This document shows positions 50,082-58,949 of a stretch of DNA of 64,000 nucleotides, piece after piece. Origin of the DNA: Bryobacterales bacterium (GTDB lineage Bacteria > Acidobacteriota > Terriglobia > Bryobacterales > UBA6623); NCBI GenBank assembly GCA_963422375.2, contig OY729427.2, positions 1,408,001 to 1,472,000 on the forward strand. The letters run 5' to 3'. How positions within the stretch are numbered: position 1 is the first letter of the stretch; each line of letters opens with the position of its first letter. The notes beneath the pieces were generated by a model. The model had not been told where the DNA came from. It was given only the letters and a program-made list of their open reading frames with translations, and made no database searches. The position numbers and the translations under genes were made by a program.

Positions 50082-50875
50082 CGCCAGAAGAAGTAGAAGA
50101 ACGCCGTGCAGAGCAGGTCGGCAAGGATGACCAGAAAGATGGATTTGACTACCGCGCTCGTCGTCGAACGCCCGACGCCCTCCGGGCCGCCCGTCACCGA
50201 GAACCCTTCCAAGCATCCCACGTGAACGATGATCGACCCGAACACGAAGGCCTTCACCAGCCCGCTCAGGATGTCGCGCAGCAGGAGGATCTCGACCGTG
50301 CGCCGCAAGTACATCAGCAGCGTGATGTCCAGCGCGTAGTAGCAGAACACCCCCCCGGCCAGGATGCCGGAGAAGACCGCCATGACGGTCACGCACGGCA
50401 TCGTGACCATCATGGCGAGGTACTTGGGCACGAGCACGAAGTCGATCGGATCGAGCGCCATCGCGCGGAGCGCGTCCACTTCCTCGGTGACGACCATCGT
50501 GGCCACCTCCGCCGAGATTGCGGACCCGGACCGGCCGATGACGACGATCGCGGCGATCAGCGGACCGAGTTCCCGCGTCATGCTCGTGCCGACCAAGTTG
50601 ATGACCGCTTCCATGGCCCCGAACTTGCGCAGCTCGGCACCGGACTGCAGGGCCATGATCATCCCGGTCGCGCCGGACACCACGCACAGCACCGGGAGGG
50701 AGCGCACGCCGATCTCGGCCATCTGGCCCACGGTGCGCTTCCAGCGCAGCCGCCGGCCGGCGAATGGATTGACCCGCAGGGAGAACGCCAGCCCGCGCCA
50801 GAACTGGATGGCCAGCCCGCCGACGTACTCGACTTGGCGCAGGGTGGAACGGCCGACCGGGGCGAGAAAGGGCAT
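50078..50875 (-). CDS. mlaE: MlaE-type ABC permease
   Basis: RELGPLIAAIVVIGRSGSAISAEVATMVVTEEVDAL, GVGRSTTSAVV. Confidence 0.92.
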   Translation of the reverse strand: MPFLAPVGRSTLRQVEYVGGLAIQFWRGLAFSLRVNPFAGRRLRWKRTVGQMAEIGVRSLPVLCVVSGATGMIMALQSGAELRKFGAMEAVINLVGTSMTRELGPLIAAIVVIGRSGSAISAEVATMVVTEEVDALRAMALDPIDFVLVPKYLAMMVTMPCVTVMAVFSGILAGGVFCYYALDITLLMYLRRTVEILLLRDILSGLVKAFVFGSIIVHVGCLEGFSVTGGPEGVGRSTTSAVVKSIFLVILADLLCTAFFYFFWR

Positions 50876-50898
50876 CTACCGCTCGCGAGTCCGCCCGG

Positions 50899-51231
50899 TC
50901 AGTCGCCGAGGGCGGCGGAATCCGACGCTCGGACGTCGAAGACGTCCAGCAGCCGGGTCAGCTGCAGGACGTCGCGCGGGCCCTCGTTCAGGCCGACGAG
51001 CATCAGCTTGGTCCTGTAGCGCCGCGCGGTCTGCAAACCTTCCACCAAGCTGGCGACGCCCGAGCTGTCGATGTAATGCACGCCTTCCAGGTTCACCACG
51101 ATCCTAGCCTTCGCGCAGTCCTGCGCCAGTTCCAGGATCGCCTCGCGCAGCCTCGGCGAGCTCAGCATGTCCACGTCTCCGGTTACCTGCACGACAGCCC
51201 CCTCCGCGTGATGCTTGATGTTAACCTGCAT
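50899..51231 (-). CDS. STAS domain protein (anti-sigma factor antagonist type)
   Basis: GDVDMLSSPRLRE, VVNLEGVHYIDSSGVASLV, VLQLTRL. Confidence 0.9.
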   Translation of the reverse strand: MQVNIKHHAEGAVVQVTGDVDMLSSPRLREAILELAQDCAKARIVVNLEGVHYIDSSGVASLVEGLQTARRYRTKLMLVGLNEGPRDVLQLTRLLDVFDVRASDSAALGD

Positions 51232-51664
51232 GTCCTCGCAGTGCCTCCCGCCGCGCCTCTCCCGGCAGCCGCTTTCTCAGGCGGGTTCGATTCCAGCCGC
51301 TCGTGCGCGCGTACTCGCCCTCGTCGACGGACGATCGAATCAAGAACAGCCCGCGCCCGCCCCCGCGCAGCTCGTCGGGCGGCGGCACACGCTGGGCGAA
51401 CGGGTCGAACTCGTCCCCGCGATCCCAGATCTCGACCTCGAGCGCTCCGCTCGTGCGGCGGCACACAATGCGAATCGGGCAGGTCCTGTCGCCGCCGTAG
51501 GCGTGGCGCATGACGTTGCTGAGCGCTTCGTTAGCGGCCATCACCATGGCCCGCGTCGGCCCAGCGCCCAAGCTGACGATCTGGCAGCACTCGTCGATAA
51601 GGGTTCGCGCCAGCTTCAGCCATCGCGGGTCGCTCGCTATGCGGACATCTACCTCCCCGACCAT
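51221..51664 (-). CDS. RsbW/SpoIIAB-like HATPase_c serine kinase / anti-sigma factor
   Basis: EALSNVMRHAY (N box), IWDRGDEFDP (G1), GGRGLFLI (G2). Confidence 0.85.
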   Translation of the reverse strand: MVGEVDVRIASDPRWLKLARTLIDECCQIVSLGAGPTRAMVMAANEALSNVMRHAYGGDRTCPIRIVCRRTSGALEVEIWDRGDEFDPFAQRVPPPDELRGGGRGLFLIRSSVDEGEYARTSGWNRTRLRKRLPGEARREALRGHAG

Positions 51665-51764
51665 CGCAGTTCCGGTCGATTCACCGCCCGGGCGAGCATC
51701 CGCCTCAACCGCCGACCGGGATTGTAGCACGGCCGCGGCCCGGCTCTGGTAAGGTGAACGCGGC

Positions 51765-52994
51765 GTGTCTGCCTCGGCGGCCAGGCGGGCAGCGTTCGCC
51801 GTCGCGCTGCGCATCGAGCGGGACGCCGCGCATGCCGACGAACTGCTCCACTCCGAACGCACCGCCGGGCTGTCGGAGCGCGAGCGAGCGTTCGTCACCG
51901 AGCTGGTGATGGGCTGCCTGCGCCGTCGCGGCGAGCTCGACGAGCTCGTGCGCCGGAGCTTGGCGCGGCCGCGGAAGACACCGGACCCGGAGGTCGCCAC
52001 CGCCCTGCGGCTCGGCGCCTACCAGCTGCGCCACATGGACAGAGTTCCCGCCCACGCCGCCGTCCGCGAGTCCGTCGAACTGGTGAAGCTCGCCCGCAAG
52101 CGCTCGGCAGCGGGCTTGGTGAACGCGGCGCTGCGCCGCCTGCCGGCGGCTCTTCCGGCGATCGAAGCGGCCAGGCTTTCCCACCCAAGCTGGCTCGTGC
52201 GGCGCTGGGAAGCAGCCTTCGGGGGGGCTGGCTGCGACAGGCTCCTGCTGTCCAATCTCGAGCGGCCGGAGACCTACTTCCGAATCCCTGCGCCGGGCGC
52301 GGCCCGGGGAATCCTCGGGCGGCTGAGTATGGCCGGATGCGAGGCCGCGTCCACCGGCCTCCCCGGAGCCTACCGCCTGGTCTCAGGAGGCGTCCCGGCG
52401 GCCAGGGCGGCCGCGGGCGTCCCCCTGCAGTTCCAGGACCTCAATTCGCAGCGGGTCGCGCGGCTGGTGGATCCAGCCCCGGGAGGGCGGGTGCTCGACG
52501 TCTGCGCGGCTCCGGGCGGCAAGGCCCGGATACTCGCCGAGACGGCCCGCGTGGTGGCTTCGGACCGCAGTCCCGCCCGGTTGCGCCTCCTGCGCCGCCT
52601 CGGCAGCCGGGGAATCCGCTTGCTCGCGCTGGACGCCGAAGATCCGCTGCCCTTCTCCGGCGGGTTCGACCGCGTGCTGGTCGACGCGCCCTGCTCGGGG
52701 ACCGGGACGCTCGCCCGCAATCCCGAGATCAAGTGGCGCCTGCGCCGGGAGGATATCGAGTCTCTGTCCCTCCGACAGACGAGGATCCTAGCGAACGCCC
52801 TGCAAGCCGTCGCCCCGGGAGGGTCGCTGGTGTACGCCACCTGCTCGCTCGAGCCGGAAGAGAACGAGGAAGTCGTGCGGGCGGCGGTCGGGAGCGGCGC
52901 CGGATGGCGCGCCCGCCCGCTGCTCGCGACGCTGCCCGGGCGCGACGCGGGAGACGGGTTCCAAGCCTGGAGCTTCCGGCGGCGCGATGACTGA
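51765..52994 (+). CDS. rsmB: 16S rRNA m5C967 methyltransferase (Sun/RsmB) with an N-terminal NusB-like domain
   Basis: LRLGAYQL, VNAALR, SHPSWLV, LDVCAAPGGK, VDAPCSGTG, YATCSLEPEENE. Confidence 0.88.
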   Translation: MSASAARRAAFAVALRIERDAAHADELLHSERTAGLSERERAFVTELVMGCLRRRGELDELVRRSLARPRKTPDPEVATALRLGAYQLRHMDRVPAHAAVRESVELVKLARKRSAAGLVNAALRRLPAALPAIEAARLSHPSWLVRRWEAAFGGAGCDRLLLSNLERPETYFRIPAPGAARGILGRLSMAGCEAASTGLPGAYRLVSGGVPAARAAAGVPLQFQDLNSQRVARLVDPAPGGRVLDVCAAPGGKARILAETARVVASDRSPARLRLLRRLGSRGIRLLALDAEDPLPFSGGFDRVLVDAPCSGTGTLARNPEIKWRLRREDIESLSLRQTRILANALQAVAPGGSLVYATCSLEPEENEEVVRAAVGSGAGWRARPLLATLPGRDAGDGFQAWSFRRRDD

Positions 52995-54771
52995 AGCGCG
53001 ACGGCACGGCTGCATCGTGCTGGCCGTGTCCGGGATCGTGTTCCTCGGGGCGGTCCCGGGCCCGCCGTCCCTGCTGGACGACGTGGACGCCGCCTACGCC
53101 CAGGTGGCCCGGTCGATGCTGGAGTCGGGCGACTGGGTGACCGCCCGCCTCAACGGCGTGCCCTATTTCGACAAGGCCCCGGGCCAGGTCTGGGCCATGG
53201 CCGCCTCGTTCGCCGTGTTCGGGGTCAGCGACTGGGCCGCCCGCCTGCCGACGGCCTTGGCGGCGATGACCCTGTGCTGGCTAGCTTGGCGCACGGGCCG
53301 CTGGGCCTTCGGCGCGACAGCCGGACTGTACGCGGGAATCGGCCTGGCGACCTGCTGCGGCCTGTTCCTGTTCACCCGCGTGCGACTGCCCGACGTCTTC
53401 GTGGCTTGCGCCACCCTATTCGCGCTCGACTGCTTCCTGCGGTCGCGGGAAGCCCCGGTCCGCCGGGCCCGGGCCCGCATGGCCTGGGCGGGCGCGGCAC
53501 TGGGCGCGGGCCTCCTGTGCAAGGGGCTGGTCGCCGCGGTCCTGCCCGCGGGCGCGGTCGCGGCGTTCCTGCTCGCGAGCGGGCAATGGCGGTCTCCGGA
53601 AGCCCGCGCGCGACTCGGGCTGGGAGGAGCAGCCGCGGCCGCGCTGCTCGTGGCGGGACCGTGGCACCTGCTCGCCACCCTGAGGCATCCGCCGGTCCTC
53701 GAGTTCGGACTAGACAGCGGGCCGCGGATCTACCGCGGATTCTTCTGGCGCTACTTCGTCAACGAGCACCTCCTGCGCTACCTGGGACAGCGCTATCCGT
53801 TCGATTACGACCGCGTGCCGCTCGCGTGGTTCTGGGCGGCCCACCTCGCCTGGCTGTTCCCTTGGAGCGGTATGGTCGCCGGGCTGCGGCGGCGGGGATG
53901 CGACGGCGGCACCCGCGGGGGGGCGACGCGGCTGCTGATGCTCTGCTGCTGCGGCTTCGCGCTGCTCTTCTTCTCGGCCTCGACCACCCAGGAATACTAC
54001 ACACTCCCCGCATACGGCCCCGCCATGGTACTGTTCGCGAGCTTCGCGGCCGAGCGGCCGGGGCGGGCCCGGATAGCCTCCCGCGCCGCGGCCTCGGTAT
54101 ACGGCGCCGCATTCGCGGCCGGGCTGGCCGCGCTGATCGCGACGCGGGACCTGCCGGCGGCAGGCGACATCAGCGCGGCCCTGACGACCAACCCGGACTC
54201 CTACACCCTGTCTCTGGGGCACTTCAGCGATCTCACCCTCGGGGCGCTGGCCTACCTGCGCGGCCCGCTCGCCCTAGCCGTCGCCGCCTTCGCGGCCGGA
54301 TGCGCGGGCGGGTGGCTGCTCCCCGCGCGAAGGGCGCTGGCGTCCCTTGCGGCCGCGACGATGCTCCTGCTGCAGGCCGCGCACTGGGCCATGGGCGCGT
54401 TCGATCCGTACCTGTCATCCCGCGCCCTCGCGGAGGCCTGCCTGCGCGAGCCGCCCGGCCGGATCGTGCTGGACCACGAGTACTACGCGTTCTCGTCGGT
54501 CGCGTTCTACGCCAACCGCCCGGTCCTGCTGCTCAACGGTCGCAGGAACAGCATCGAGTACGGCGCGAACGCCCCCGGCGCCCCCGACCCCTTCCTCGAC
54601 GACCGCGGCCTCGCCGCGCTATGGGAGGGCCCGGACCCCGTATACCTCGTGACTTACGCCCGGGACCGGCCGCGCATCGAGGGCTTGGTGGGAGCGGAGC
54701 GCGTGCGCCGCCTCGCGGAATCCGGCGGCAAGGTGCTGCTGGCGAGCGGCCCGGCTTCCCGGCCGAACTAG
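52987..54771 (+). CDS. ArnT/PMT family (GT-C) glycosyltransferase
   Basis: YAQVARSMLESGDWVT, YFDKAPG, WAARLP, LCKGL, QEYYTLP; multiple TM helices. Confidence 0.85.
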   Translation: MTEARRHGCIVLAVSGIVFLGAVPGPPSLLDDVDAAYAQVARSMLESGDWVTARLNGVPYFDKAPGQVWAMAASFAVFGVSDWAARLPTALAAMTLCWLAWRTGRWAFGATAGLYAGIGLATCCGLFLFTRVRLPDVFVACATLFALDCFLRSREAPVRRARARMAWAGAALGAGLLCKGLVAAVLPAGAVAAFLLASGQWRSPEARARLGLGGAAAAALLVAGPWHLLATLRHPPVLEFGLDSGPRIYRGFFWRYFVNEHLLRYLGQRYPFDYDRVPLAWFWAAHLAWLFPWSGMVAGLRRRGCDGGTRGGATRLLMLCCCGFALLFFSASTTQEYYTLPAYGPAMVLFASFAAERPGRARIASRAAASVYGAAFAAGLAALIATRDLPAAGDISAALTTNPDSYTLSLGHFSDLTLGALAYLRGPLALAVAAFAAGCAGGWLLPARRALASLAAATMLLLQAAHWAMGAFDPYLSSRALAEACLREPPGRIVLDHEYYAFSSVAFYANRPVLLLNGRRNSIEYGANAPGAPDPFLDDRGLAALWEGPDPVYLVTYARDRPRIEGLVGAERVRRLAESGGKVLLASGPASRPN

Positions 54772-54855
54772 CCGGAGCCGGCCAGGCTCTCGTATACTGG
54801 GCGTAACGGGCCGTCGCAGGCTGGCTGCCCGCGCGGGCCTGACGGGTTCCCGGAC

Positions 54856-55110
54856 ATGAAGAAGGACATCCATCCCAGCAACTACCGCGAGGTCGTATTC
54901 CGCGACGTGACGACCGGCACTCAGTGGGTTACCCGGTCCACGGCGAGGACCGACAAGACGACCGAGGTCGACGGTCGGCAGTACCCGCTTTACGACCTAG
55001 CGATCTCCTCCTACTCGCATCCCTTCTACACAGGCAAGCGCAAGCTGGTCGACTCCGAAGGCCGCATCGAGCGCTTCAACAAGAAGTACGGGCGCAAGAG
55101 CGCCGTGTAG
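54856..55110 (+). CDS. rpmE2: 50S ribosomal protein L31 type B (Cys-free)
   Basis: MKKDIHPSNYREVVFRD, ISSYSHPFYTGK, GRIERFNKKYG; no cysteines. Confidence 0.93.
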   Translation: MKKDIHPSNYREVVFRDVTTGTQWVTRSTARTDKTTEVDGRQYPLYDLAISSYSHPFYTGKRKLVDSEGRIERFNKKYGRKSAV

Positions 55111-55127
55111 GCGGCGGGCGGGCCTTC

Positions 55128-57401
55128 CTACCAAGCGGTGACGAAGGCCGCCGTCAGCGCGCGCCCCGTTTCGGGAACGCGCTGTCGCGTGAACGGGTTC
55201 AGTGAGTTCAGGTGCTCGTAGTAGTACTTGTCCCCGAGGTTCTCGAGGCCGACATGCAGTGTCGCGCCGTCCCAGAGATCCGCTCCGATTCGCAGCGCGT
55301 GCAGGGTGAATCCGGGCGACGGCGTCTCCAGCCTGCCGAAGGCCACCCGGCGCTGGTCCCAAGCGCTGCGCAGGCCGTACTCGGCCCAGAAGCGCCGGCC
55401 AAGCGAATAGAACCGCGCCGCCGAATCGACCTCCATCGGCGGGATGCCTAGGATGGGCTGCAGCAATTCGCGGTCGTCGGCTAGGGTCTTGGACGCGCCG
55501 AAACGGAATTCGAACCGGCCGACGGGGCGGCGCACCCCGAGGTTCCAGCCGCGGAAGAAGGCGCTCCCGCCGTTGACGTAGCGAAACACCGTCGGCGGGC
55601 TCAGGGGCAGCCGCTTCTCCAGCGAGGGGTCCGGCCTCGCCGAGATGTAGCTGCCCAGGCTCCGGACGAACGCGCCGCCGTGAAGGCGGAATCCGCTGTC
55701 GTTCCAGGCCAGGCTGACGTCCCCCTGCAAGCTGGACTCCGGGCGCAGGCCGGGGGAGCCCACGAACTCGGCCGCGACTTGGAACCTCGTGCTCGGAAAC
55801 CGGTCCGAGTAGCGCTCCAGCGCGCTTGCCGTGCGCACCACCCGGCCTGCGCCGGCCGAAAGCGTAAGCCCCGATCCCAAGTCGTAACGGCCGGCCACGC
55901 TGAAGGTCGCGTTGGCCTCGCTGCGCTCGGTCGCCTTGCCGCCGCTCGCGAGGAAGAACGCGCTCGGCCGCCCGGCATCGCTGGCCACGAAGTCCATGCG
56001 AGCGACCGCGCGAATCTCCCCGCGGTCGAAGCTGCGCCCGGCATGGAAGTAGATCCCGAGATCCGCCAGGGACGTCCCCGCCCAGACTGCATCACTGAAC
56101 AGCAGCTTGCGGTCCCGAGCCCGAGCGATGAACCGCTGCGCGTCCTGCTCGAGCCGGAACCAGTCGAATCCGACCTGCAGCTCCCACGACTCCGCGGGTG
56201 ACAGCTCGACCCGGCCCGTGCTGCCAACCGTGTCGGACTCGGCGGGCAGCGACACGTCCAGGGCGAACGGCGGCATGCGCCCCGGCATCGGGCGCGATGT
56301 GGGCTTGCCGCGATTGCTCATTCGATGGCTCTTGCGGTTCGAGTAGGCGGTCAGCCTGACCGATCGGACCGCCCCGTCCGGCCAGGCCCAGCGATAGCTC
56401 GCGCGAAAGGACCGCAGGAGGAAGTGCTCGGCAGTCAGCAGGCGGCCGGGAAAGTCAATGCTGGTCTGCTCGTCGTAGAGGCCGCTCGCCAGTATCTCCT
56501 GATCCGGCGTGGGGTTGAATCGTGTCCGGGCCCCGACCTGATGCGAGGAGGCGTCCCCCGGTACGAGCGTGCTGGCCGGCCGGCCGCTGCGCCCGGCCTC
56601 GTAGTCGTCCAGCAGATCGCCGGAGGCATGGAGGCCGAAGCCGAAGGCGGACCCGACGCCGTGGAGCCGGGCATGACCCATGCGCCCCGAGCCGTTGCTC
56701 CTCCACGCGAGGCCGCCGCTGCCGCCGACGAACCGCCTCGGGCGCGTCGGAAGGCCGACCGAGTCGACCAAGATGGCCGCCAGCGCCCCGGAGCCCTCCG
56801 TCAAGGCGTAGGGGCCCGTGACGACCTGGACGCTGGCGACCGACCCGGGATCGACATGGCTCAGTTCCGAGTCCATCCGCGCCAGGCCCGCGGCGAACGT
56901 CCTGGTCCCGTCGACGACCATCGCCAGCTGGTACTCCCGCAGACCCTGCACGACCGGATCGAAGTTCGTGCCGCCGCGCCGCATCACGTGAACGTTCGGC
57001 GCGGCCCTCAGGCTCTCGACAAGGTCCGGCTTCGCCAGACGGTCGGAGCCGACCGGGGCGGACGCCACCGGGGACAGGGCCCGGATCTGGCCCTCGACGA
57101 CCATGACATTCTCCACGGGAGCCAGGCGCAGCGTCACCGTCACTTCCGAGCGGTCGCCGAGCGCCGCTCTGCCGGGGAGAAACCCCGCTGCCCGCACCTC
57201 TGCCGAAACCGCGCTGCCATGGAAGGTGGCCACGCCCTCAGGCGAGGCCACTGCCCGCGCTGCCACCTCCCCGGAGTCACCCCGAAAGACGACAGTCGCC
57301 CTTGGCACCACGGCCCCGGACGGATCCTTCACGCGAACGGTCACGTCCGCCGACGCCGCGACGGCGGCGCACAGACATACAGATAGCCTGCCTAGCCTCA
57401 C
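55128..57401 (-). CDS. TonB-dependent receptor, OprC/copper-receptor-like
   Basis: GTG start, signal peptide, carboxypeptidase-like N-domain, plug RRGGTNFDPVVQG...RMD...VVTGPYA, SHRMSN, C-terminal ENLGDKYYYEHL...GR...W. Confidence 0.85.
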   Translation of the reverse strand: MRLGRLSVCLCAAVAASADVTVRVKDPSGAVVPRATVVFRGDSGEVAARAVASPEGVATFHGSAVSAEVRAAGFLPGRAALGDRSEVTVTLRLAPVENVMVVEGQIRALSPVASAPVGSDRLAKPDLVESLRAAPNVHVMRRGGTNFDPVVQGLREYQLAMVVDGTRTFAAGLARMDSELSHVDPGSVASVQVVTGPYALTEGSGALAAILVDSVGLPTRPRRFVGGSGGLAWRSNGSGRMGHARLHGVGSAFGFGLHASGDLLDDYEAGRSGRPASTLVPGDASSHQVGARTRFNPTPDQEILASGLYDEQTSIDFPGRLLTAEHFLLRSFRASYRWAWPDGAVRSVRLTAYSNRKSHRMSNRGKPTSRPMPGRMPPFALDVSLPAESDTVGSTGRVELSPAESWELQVGFDWFRLEQDAQRFIARARDRKLLFSDAVWAGTSLADLGIYFHAGRSFDRGEIRAVARMDFVASDAGRPSAFFLASGGKATERSEANATFSVAGRYDLGSGLTLSAGAGRVVRTASALERYSDRFPSTRFQVAAEFVGSPGLRPESSLQGDVSLAWNDSGFRLHGGAFVRSLGSYISARPDPSLEKRLPLSPPTVFRYVNGGSAFFRGWNLGVRRPVGRFEFRFGASKTLADDRELLQPILGIPPMEVDSAARFYSLGRRFWAEYGLRSAWDQRRVAFGRLETPSPGFTLHALRIGADLWDGATLHVGLENLGDKYYYEHLNSLNPFTRQRVPETGRALTAAFVTAW

Positions 57402-57511
57402 CTTGAATCCCCCTTGCAATCCTCTCCGCCGGGAAAGGGTCCGGCGGCATCCTACAGGCACACGGACCCTCGCGACGCCGAACGCGTACGCCCGCACCGG
57501 CGGGCGCTTGG

Positions 57512-57910
57512 TCAGCCGACGCGGGCAGGCTGGGGCGGGGGGACGGAGGCGTGCGAGGGGCCTCGCGCATGGCCGGAGACACCGCGACACCCGGGCCCGG
57601 GCGGGCCGCACCGGCGGCGGGGAGGGAGCGAGGCTCCGGGAGCCAGCTTGGGCGCGGATGGTCATGGCCGCAGCGGCTCCTCGTGACGCAGCCGGGCTTG
57701 CGTGCAGGATCCCGCTCCTGACGATGGCAGGAGGAGGCGGGCTCGGTTCCATCCGTCCCGGTCCGAGGCGGCTCCGGCATCGGACAGGCCCGGCGGCACT
57801 GACCGGCAGCAGGCCTGCGCGGGCACCACGGCGGCCGCGGCCGCCGACCAAGGCAGCAGCGCGACCCCGACGAAAAGCGCCGCGATACGGAATCGCCGGT
57901 GGCGCTGCAT
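57512..57910 (-). CDS. Small Cys/His/Pro-rich exported-type ORF upstream of the receptor (apparently frameshifted)
   Basis: MQRHRRFRIAALFVGVALLPWS...QACC, continuing in another frame as QCRRACPM...SCH...GCVTRSRCGHDH and a Pro-rich tail; the 3' end is uncertain. Confidence 0.45.
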
Positions 57911-58035
57911 CGACCCGGGCACCCCTTCACGGGTATCGCACTCGCGGACGGTCCAGCCGCCTCGGCGGGACGCGCGACGACGCCGGGGCCTTCGAGATGA
58001 ACGCCCCACTGTGCAACACTCAAGGCGGGCGGAGC

Positions 58036-58440
58036 ATGGCCCGCACGATCCCTAGGCGCGAATGGCTGGCCGCGGCAGGCACGGGGCTGTCGTCCGTCGC
58101 GCGCCTCCGGGCCGAGCCGCAGCGAGGCGCAGAGCCTACCGCGCTCATCTTCGGCACCGTGTTCAAGGACTCCTACCTCGCGCTACCCGGAGCGCGGGTC
58201 GTTGCCTACAACAGCGCCGGCCCGCGCAAGAAGATCCGGGCGGTCACGAACTACCGCGGGGAGTACAGGGTCCGCGTCCCCGCCGGCGACGCCACCTACG
58301 TGGTCGAGGCGTCTGCGCCGAGGTTCGCCAAGGAGAGCCGCACCGTGCAGGTCTACGGCATCGAGAAATCGACCGCGAACCTAGTGCTCCAGCCGCGGAA
58401 GCGGGCGCGGCGCCCGCCCGATCAGCCCGCCCGGCCTTAG
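58036..58440 (+). CDS. Carboxypeptidase-regulatory-like domain protein
   Basis: PRREWL leader, IFGTVF...LPGARV...TNYRGEY..RVPAG..YVVEA. Confidence 0.78.
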   Translation: MARTIPRREWLAAAGTGLSSVARLRAEPQRGAEPTALIFGTVFKDSYLALPGARVVAYNSAGPRKKIRAVTNYRGEYRVRVPAGDATYVVEASAPRFAKESRTVQVYGIEKSTANLVLQPRKRARRPPDQPARP

Positions 58441-58454
58441 GATCAGGAGACAGC

Positions 58455-58817
58455 ATGCAAGCCACGCGTCGAACACTTCTCGCCCTCGCTGCCACGTTGC
58501 CCGCAGCGGCCCACGCCCAGTTCCCGGGCTTCGGAAAGAAGAAGGAAGATCCCACCCGCTCCGTTAAGGGCCAGGTGACCGACGAGTCCGAAGAGGGCAT
58601 CCGAGCGATCGTGCAGCTGAAGAACTCGCGCACGCTGGAAGTCAAGTCGTTCCACACCAACGATGCCGGGGAGTACTATTTCCACGGCTTGGATCTCAAC
58701 ATCGACTACGAGCTCAAGGCCCTAGCCGAGGGCAAGCAGAGCAAGACGCGCACGGTGTCGAGCTTCGACAGTCGCGTCGAGCTTATTTTCAACTTCCGGC
58801 TGAAGGACGCAGGCTGA
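58455..58817 (+). CDS. Carboxypeptidase-regulatory-like domain protein
   Basis: AGGAG RBS, TRRTLL leader, RSVKGQVTD..AIVQLKN..GEYYFHGL..DYELKA. Confidence 0.82.
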   Translation: MQATRRTLLALAATLPAAAHAQFPGFGKKKEDPTRSVKGQVTDESEEGIRAIVQLKNSRTLEVKSFHTNDAGEYYFHGLDLNIDYELKALAEGKQSKTRTVSSFDSRVELIFNFRLKDAG

Positions 58818-58949
58818 ACGGTTGCCCCGTTCGCACGCATTCCCGGCCCAATCGCGCTAGGCTCTGCGCAAGGCGTCCTCGCCCGAGGGGGCTAAGATAT
58901 GATTGCCTCGCGCAAGCGGCCCTCGGGCCGGGCCCCGGGGAGGACCGCC

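Noticed and set aside
51281..51300. GGGTTCGATTCC resembling a tRNA T-loop
   Set aside because: It lies inside the RsbW-like CDS, and I could not build a cloverleaf or acceptor stem.
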